From the NCBI GenBank assembly GCA_040389365.1, contig JAZKAB010000007.1:14084-62286 (forward strand): DNA of 48,203 bases, read 5' to 3'. A program made the translations under genes and the position numbers. Below the pieces are notes generated by a model, which saw nothing but the letters and a program-made list of their open reading frames with translations, ran no database searches and was not told the DNA's origin. Of the stretch, positions 44,535-48,203 are shown piece by piece (position 1 is the stretch's first letter; each line of letters opens with the position of its first letter). The stretch comes from Patescibacteria group bacterium (GTDB lineage Bacteria; Patescibacteriota; Minisyncoccia; Phycocordibacterales; UBA9973).

Positions 44535-45422
44535 ATGTACCTAAAAAAATCAAAAACTAAAGATCCTTTGCCATTTGTATATAGTTTTTCATATGATGTT
44601 CCTCAAAAAGCGTTTGTGTTCAGGATTCATCCTGCGGCTATAGCAATTTTTGATAGCATATCGTTTGAGACGTTGCAGATAAAGTACTGCAAGGAAAAGC
44701 TTAATTATTCTGAGGTTGAAACGAGCCTTGAGAGGAATTTTGGAATTAATAACTGCTCTCGAAATGAAGGAGTTGCTGATGGCCTTATCAGGCTCTCATT
44801 TCCTGTAATCGCGACCTATGCTGAATCAGAAACAATATGCGAAACATGCAAAGGGGAAAAGAAGGACTGGAACGACAATCCTTGCTTTCATTGCCGAGCA
44901 ACGGGAAAAGAGTTTGATAAGACAAATAATGTAAGGGAGATATGCGCATCGATGTATATCCTCACAAACTACCTTAACTGGTGGGTCATGAAGAATGATG
45001 ATTCTCCCGTTGAGGAAAATGAATGGGGCAATCAAGCTATCTTTCTTCAGCTTGGCCCGTTGGCAGGCATAGGTGGAGAATGCAGCCGCTTCTTTATAGA
45101 AAGCATTGCTCCTTTTGAAGAATTGAACAAAGAAAGAGAAAAGGCAATGTTTGAGCTTCATCAATATATTGACGGGGCAGAAGCATTCCCCGGCTTCCCA
45201 TTTTTTGAACGAGTGTCTCAATTTCGCTGTGAAAACAGCGGCAAGGGCTTTTATGTTGAAGTTCCTGGACAGAATGGCTGCTCTATTCACATGGGGCATA
45301 ATTCTGACAAGGAGTTTAGCTGCCATAACATTGACCGGCCTCAGCAGCAGGTTTGCCTGCTGGCCGGACTTGGACAGATTACAGGCTCATTTTATGAGCT
45401 ACAAAAAAATCGCCCCTCATAA
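44535..45422 (+). CDS. hypothetical protein with a CxxC...CxxC knuckle
   Basis: 295-aa ORF containing CETCKGEKKDWNDNPCFHCRATGKE (DnaJ-type zinc-finger-like spacing). Otherwise no motif. AT-rich. Confidence 0.55.
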   Translation: MYLKKSKTKDPLPFVYSFSYDVPQKAFVFRIHPAAIAIFDSISFETLQIKYCKEKLNYSEVETSLERNFGINNCSRNEGVADGLIRLSFPVIATYAESETICETCKGEKKDWNDNPCFHCRATGKEFDKTNNVREICASMYILTNYLNWWVMKNDDSPVEENEWGNQAIFLQLGPLAGIGGECSRFFIESIAPFEELNKEREKAMFELHQYIDGAEAFPGFPFFERVSQFRCENSGKGFYVEVPGQNGCSIHMGHNSDKEFSCHNIDRPQQQVCLLAGLGQITGSFYELQKNRPS

Positions 45423-45440
45423 GGCGATTTTCTTTATTAG

Positions 45441-45525
45441 CGGAGGTGGTGAGATTCGAACTCACGAGGCTATTACACCTGGCTGTTTTCAAGACAGCTC
45501 GTTTCAACCACTCACGCACACCTCC
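45441..45525 (-). tRNA. tRNA-Ser (anticodon TGA)
   Basis: Acceptor GGAGGTG/CACCTCC, anticodon stem-loop GCTGT-CTTGAAA-ACAGC, long variable arm, T-arm GTGAGTTCGAATCTCAC. Confidence 0.9.
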
Positions 45526-45636
45526 ATTGGTTTGCTGTGGGAACCTGTTCATTCTAACCATTTTGAGATTTTTTTCAAGTGCTGTAATTTGTGGCCTAGT
45601 TTGCCATACTATAGAAATGACACCGCTAGCAGCTTC

Positions 45637-45645
45637 TGCTAGACT
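45637..45645 (+). promoter_or_regulatory. extended -10 element (TGcTAGACT) 6 nt upstream of the ruvX ATG
   Basis: Sequence read directly. The spacer ggccat is followed by ATG 45652. Confidence 0.5.
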
Positions 45646-45651
45646 GGCCAT

Positions 45652-46038
45652 ATGAAATACCTCGGCATCGACTACGGCACAAAAAGAACAGGCATTGCCA
45701 TATCAGACGATGGCGGCGAATTCGCTTTCCCAAAATGCATCGTTGACGCCAAGTCAGCCATTGCTGAAATAGCGGCACTATGCGAAAAGGAGGGCATCGA
45801 GGCGATTGTCATTGGCAAGTCAGTTGCCAGCAATGGCATTGCCAATGATATTGTTCCGCAGACTGAAGCCTTTAAGGAAAAGCTGGCAGCTGCAACGGGG
45901 CTCCCGGTGCATTTTCAGCAGGAAAGCTTCTCAACCGTTGAGGCGCACCGATATCAGATAACTGCAGGGCACAGAGACGATTCTGCTGCGGCAATTATAT
46001 TGCAGCGTTTCCTCGATACGAAAAAAGTGGCACAATAG
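45652..46038 (+). CDS. ruvX: Holliday junction resolvase-like nuclease RuvX/YqgF
   Basis: MKYLGIDYGTKRTGIAISD N-terminus. 128 aa. Confidence 0.9.
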   Translation: MKYLGIDYGTKRTGIAISDDGGEFAFPKCIVDAKSAIAEIAALCEKEGIEAIVIGKSVASNGIANDIVPQTEAFKEKLAAATGLPVHFQQESFSTVEAHRYQITAGHRDDSAAAIILQRFLDTKKVAQ

Positions 46039-46042
46039 CACT

Positions 46043-46420
46043 ATGAATGAAGAACAGCAGGCTCCCGTAGAGGAGGTTAAGAAAGAACCGTATATAACCA
46101 TTGATGACTTTGCCAAGATTACAGCAAAGATAGGGAAGGTGGTAGCGGCAGAAGCCGTGCCAGATTCAGACAAGCTGATTCGCTTTGAATTGGACTTCGG
46201 GGAAGAAAAGCCTCGGCAGATTCTATCTGCCATTCGCGAATGGTATCCAGAGCCAGAGCTATTGATCGGCAAGCAGATGCTGTTTGTGGTAAATCTTGCT
46301 CCAAGAAAGATGAGAGGGCTGGAATCAAACGGCATGCTTATGGCCGTCGATGGCATTGACGGCGCTCCAGTATTTCTTGTTCCAGAAAAAGAAGTGACTC
46401 CCGGCGCAACGGTGCACTAA
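46043..46420 (+). CDS. tRNA-binding (CsaA/Trbp111-type OB-fold) domain protein
   Basis: ITIDDFAKI...IGKVVAAEAVPDSDKLIRFELDFGEE...VVNLAPRKMRGLESNGMLMA. Confidence 0.85.
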   Translation: MNEEQQAPVEEVKKEPYITIDDFAKITAKIGKVVAAEAVPDSDKLIRFELDFGEEKPRQILSAIREWYPEPELLIGKQMLFVVNLAPRKMRGLESNGMLMAVDGIDGAPVFLVPEKEVTPGATVH

Positions 46421-46436
46421 TGCTAGTGTCATAACA

Positions 46437-47675
46437 GTGCAAGTATCGTATACTTATGTCGTGAACACACGCTTCTTGCAACTTGCACATCATACTGTAA
46501 CAGGAGTACAGCTTTCTGATACAACCTTTCGCTTCGTGTCGATTAAAACGCATGGCGACAGTATTCTTCCTGAGCGGTATGCAGAACTGCAATTGCCGAT
46601 AGGATGCTTTGAAAACGGCATGCTTGTCAGCAAGCAACCATTTATAAGCTTTCTTAAGAATACAAAGAAAGCCTATGGCATAGACACTGTCTATCTCACC
46701 CTCTCGTCTGCACAGGTGCAGACCTGGAGCGTTTCAGCGCAGGGCGATGCCTTGCCCGCAATCAAGGCTTCTGTTGAAAAGGAATTCAGCCTTGCATTGA
46801 AAGACATTGTCTATGAGCATAAGGCGGTTTCAGGAAATGGCTCAGTGACGGTGCATCAGGTTGCTGCTATGCCCAAGAGCATTTCTCAAGATATTGTAAG
46901 CGCATTCAAAAATGCTGGCATTGCTATCTTAACCATAGAGCCAGTTGGGCATGCGCTAACGCGTGATCTTTTGTTAGTCGCAACGCATCAGCATGCATTG
47001 CTTATTAACATTGACGCACGCACAACATCAATCACCTTCGTCACCCAAGGAAAGGTGTCGCAAACAATACTGATTCCGTTTGGAGACGATATGATCGTGA
47101 GCGCAATGGTGAAAGGAGGGGTACCCCTTGGTGCGGTACAGCAACTGAAAGAAAGCCAGGGGCTTGTATCAAAAGAAGACGCGACGGTATTCAATGCAGT
47201 TGTTGATGACTGTGCGTTGTTAGTGCATGACATCAATGCGGCATATATTGCCTGGAGAAAAGCGCACCCTTCAATGGCGGCAGTTCAGGCAGTGTTTGTA
47301 ACCGGCGCAGGCAGCACGCTGCGCGGGCTTGATGAATACTTGAGCGCCGGCTTGCGCTTGCCAGTGCGCGAAGCAAACGTGTGGACGAACTGCCTGTCAT
47401 TCGACGAGCATATTCCTTCAATACAGAAAAAAGATGCAGTACGGTATGCTGCAGCGATCGGCGTAGCGCTGGTTGGGGGAGACAGTGCCAACCTGCTGCC
47501 TGATGGGCACAAGCAATTGCTGTACCGCAAGAAGGTGGCGAAGAACTCAGGCAAGATCATGCTGAGCTTTGTGCTCGGACTTGCTGTCGGTTTTCTGGCA
47601 GCCAAAGCCATTGCAAATCCAGTCGTTCATACTAGAATACTGAACGTACTTCACAAAATCGAAGCTCGATGGTAA
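46437..47675 (+). CDS. pilM: PilM-like actin-fold pilus assembly protein with a PilN-like C-terminal TM tail
   Basis: Actin-like/PilM layout, followed by ANLLPDGHKQLL...KIMLSFVLGLAVGFLAAKAI at the C-terminus. GTG start, with TGcTAGTGT 7 nt upstream. Confidence 0.65.
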   Translation: MQVSYTYVVNTRFLQLAHHTVTGVQLSDTTFRFVSIKTHGDSILPERYAELQLPIGCFENGMLVSKQPFISFLKNTKKAYGIDTVYLTLSSAQVQTWSVSAQGDALPAIKASVEKEFSLALKDIVYEHKAVSGNGSVTVHQVAAMPKSISQDIVSAFKNAGIAILTIEPVGHALTRDLLLVATHQHALLINIDARTTSITFVTQGKVSQTILIPFGDDMIVSAMVKGGVPLGAVQQLKESQGLVSKEDATVFNAVVDDCALLVHDINAAYIAWRKAHPSMAAVQAVFVTGAGSTLRGLDEYLSAGLRLPVREANVWTNCLSFDEHIPSIQKKDAVRYAAAIGVALVGGDSANLLPDGHKQLLYRKKVAKNSGKIMLSFVLGLAVGFLAAKAIANPVVHTRILNVLHKIEARW

Positions 47676-47691
47676 AGTACCAGAGCTCCTA

Positions 47692-47763
47692 GCCCTTGTA
47701 GTTCAATGGATAGAACAGGAGACTTCTAAGCTCTTGATGTAGGTTCGATTCCTACCGAGGGCA
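47692..47763 (+). tRNA. tRNA-Arg (anticodon TCT)
   Basis: Acceptor GCCCTTG/CGAGGGC, anticodon loop CTTCTAA, T-arm GTAGGTTCGATTCCTAC. Confidence 0.9.
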
Positions 47764-47791
47764 CACCAAGTAGAAATCCTTCTAAAACGAT

Positions 47792-47864
47792 GCGCGATTA
47801 GCTCAGTTGGTAGAGCGGCGCTTTTACACAGCGAAGGTCGGGGGTTCAAGTCCCTCATCGCGCA
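47792..47864 (+). tRNA. tRNA-Val (anticodon TAC)
   Basis: Acceptor GCGCGAT/ATCGCGC, D-arm GCTCAGTTGGTAGAGC, anticodon loop TTTACAC, T-arm GGGGGTTCAAGTCCCTC. Confidence 0.9.
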
Positions 47865-47870
47865 CAAACC

Positions 47871-47907
47871 AAAGAAAGACCCCAGGCAATGTCTGGGGTC
47901 TTTCTTT
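47871..47907 (+). terminator. 14-bp hairpin after the tRNA pair
   Basis: AAAGAAAGACCCCA...TGGGGTCTTTCTTT. Confidence 0.65.
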
Positions 47908-47922
47908 GCTATACTTCATTTC

Positions 47923-48203
47923 ATGGAAAGCATAGTCATCTTGCAAGGCCTATCTGTCGTTGTGCTGAGCACACTGGTGTTACTGGGCGTTATTACACTC
48001 TCAAAGAAAAAGCCAGAATGGGGAGGCTTGCTTTCTTCGTTTCCGACAAGCGTAGCATTGATACTAATTTTTACTGCCATATTTAATGGAAGTGGCGCCG
48101 CTCGTTCGGTTGCATTAAGCCTTAGTTCTGCGATAGTGCTTTTTAACGTGTGGATTACTCTGTATTTTGTTCTCTCAAAAAAGTTTGCACCATACCTGAC
48201 AAT
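47923..48203 (+). CDS. membrane protein, 3'-truncated by the window edge
   Basis: The frame is open from ATG 47923 to the window end (MESIVILQGLSVVVLSTLVLLGVITL...), with hydrophobic helices. TGcTATACT lies 7 nt upstream. It is not in the ORF track because no stop falls inside the window. Confidence 0.5.
   Translation, partial: MESIVILQGLSVVVLSTLVLLGVITLSKKKPEWGGLLSSFPTSVALILIFTAIFNGSGAARSVALSLSSAIVLFNVWITLYFVLSKKFAPYLT

Noticed and set aside
47889-48086. 65-aa plus-strand ORF after the tRNA pair.
   Set aside because: It starts inside the terminator hairpin and is Cys/His/Arg-rich. The overlapping frame from ATG 47923 is hydrophobic, stays open to the window end, and has a promoter element.
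1-48203. Alternative genetic code, with TGA or TAG read as a sense codon.
   Set aside because: All long housekeeping ORFs are intact under the standard code, and TAG terminates many well-defined genes. The isolated in-frame TAG at 10142 is therefore treated as a local event, and the rarity of TGA stops is reported as an observation only.

Overview
This 48.2-kb chromosomal window spans a replication origin, with yidC-yidD-rnpA-rpmH on the minus strand facing dnaA-dnaN on the plus strand. Gene content suggests a small-genome, Patescibacteria/CPR-like bacterium; this is an inference, not a database hit.

The left 13 kb (nt 1-12990) holds 11 co-directional ORFs that form a type IV secretion (T4SS)-like locus:
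- a PrgI/VirB3-like protein
- a VirB4 ATPase, apparently split into an N-domain ORF and an ATPase ORF
- a 1084-aa VirB6/TrbL-like polytopic membrane protein
- a pilin-like domain fused to an NlpC/P60 hydrolase
- several secreted or membrane-anchored proteins with no recognisable domains

No coupling protein, relaxase or integrase is visible in the window. One reading frame in this locus (9641-11719) is open throughout except for a single in-frame TAG.

The rest is mostly housekeeping: PBP1A, tyrS, ruvABC/ruvX, polA, tsaE, mutM, rpsT, mscL, RNA methyltransferases, dsbB plus a thioredoxin-like gene, and a zur/ZIP pair. Scattered type IV pilus genes (pilB, and pilM with a PilN-like tail) and a large repeat-containing surface protein are also present. 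There are five tRNAs plus one decayed tRNA-Lys copy, a SET-domain protein, and several orphan ORFs near tRNAs.

Window-wide signals:
- About 20 genes carry a TAnnnT hexamer, often an extended -10 (TGnTAnnnT), 6-7 nt upstream of the start codon, which suggests leaderless mRNAs.
- TGA is almost absent as a stop codon (1 of 53 genes).
- DnaA boxes lie on both sides of dnaA.
- A roughly 140-nt structured ncRNA candidate lies at 25561-25703.

I saw no CRISPR array, transposase or integrase.
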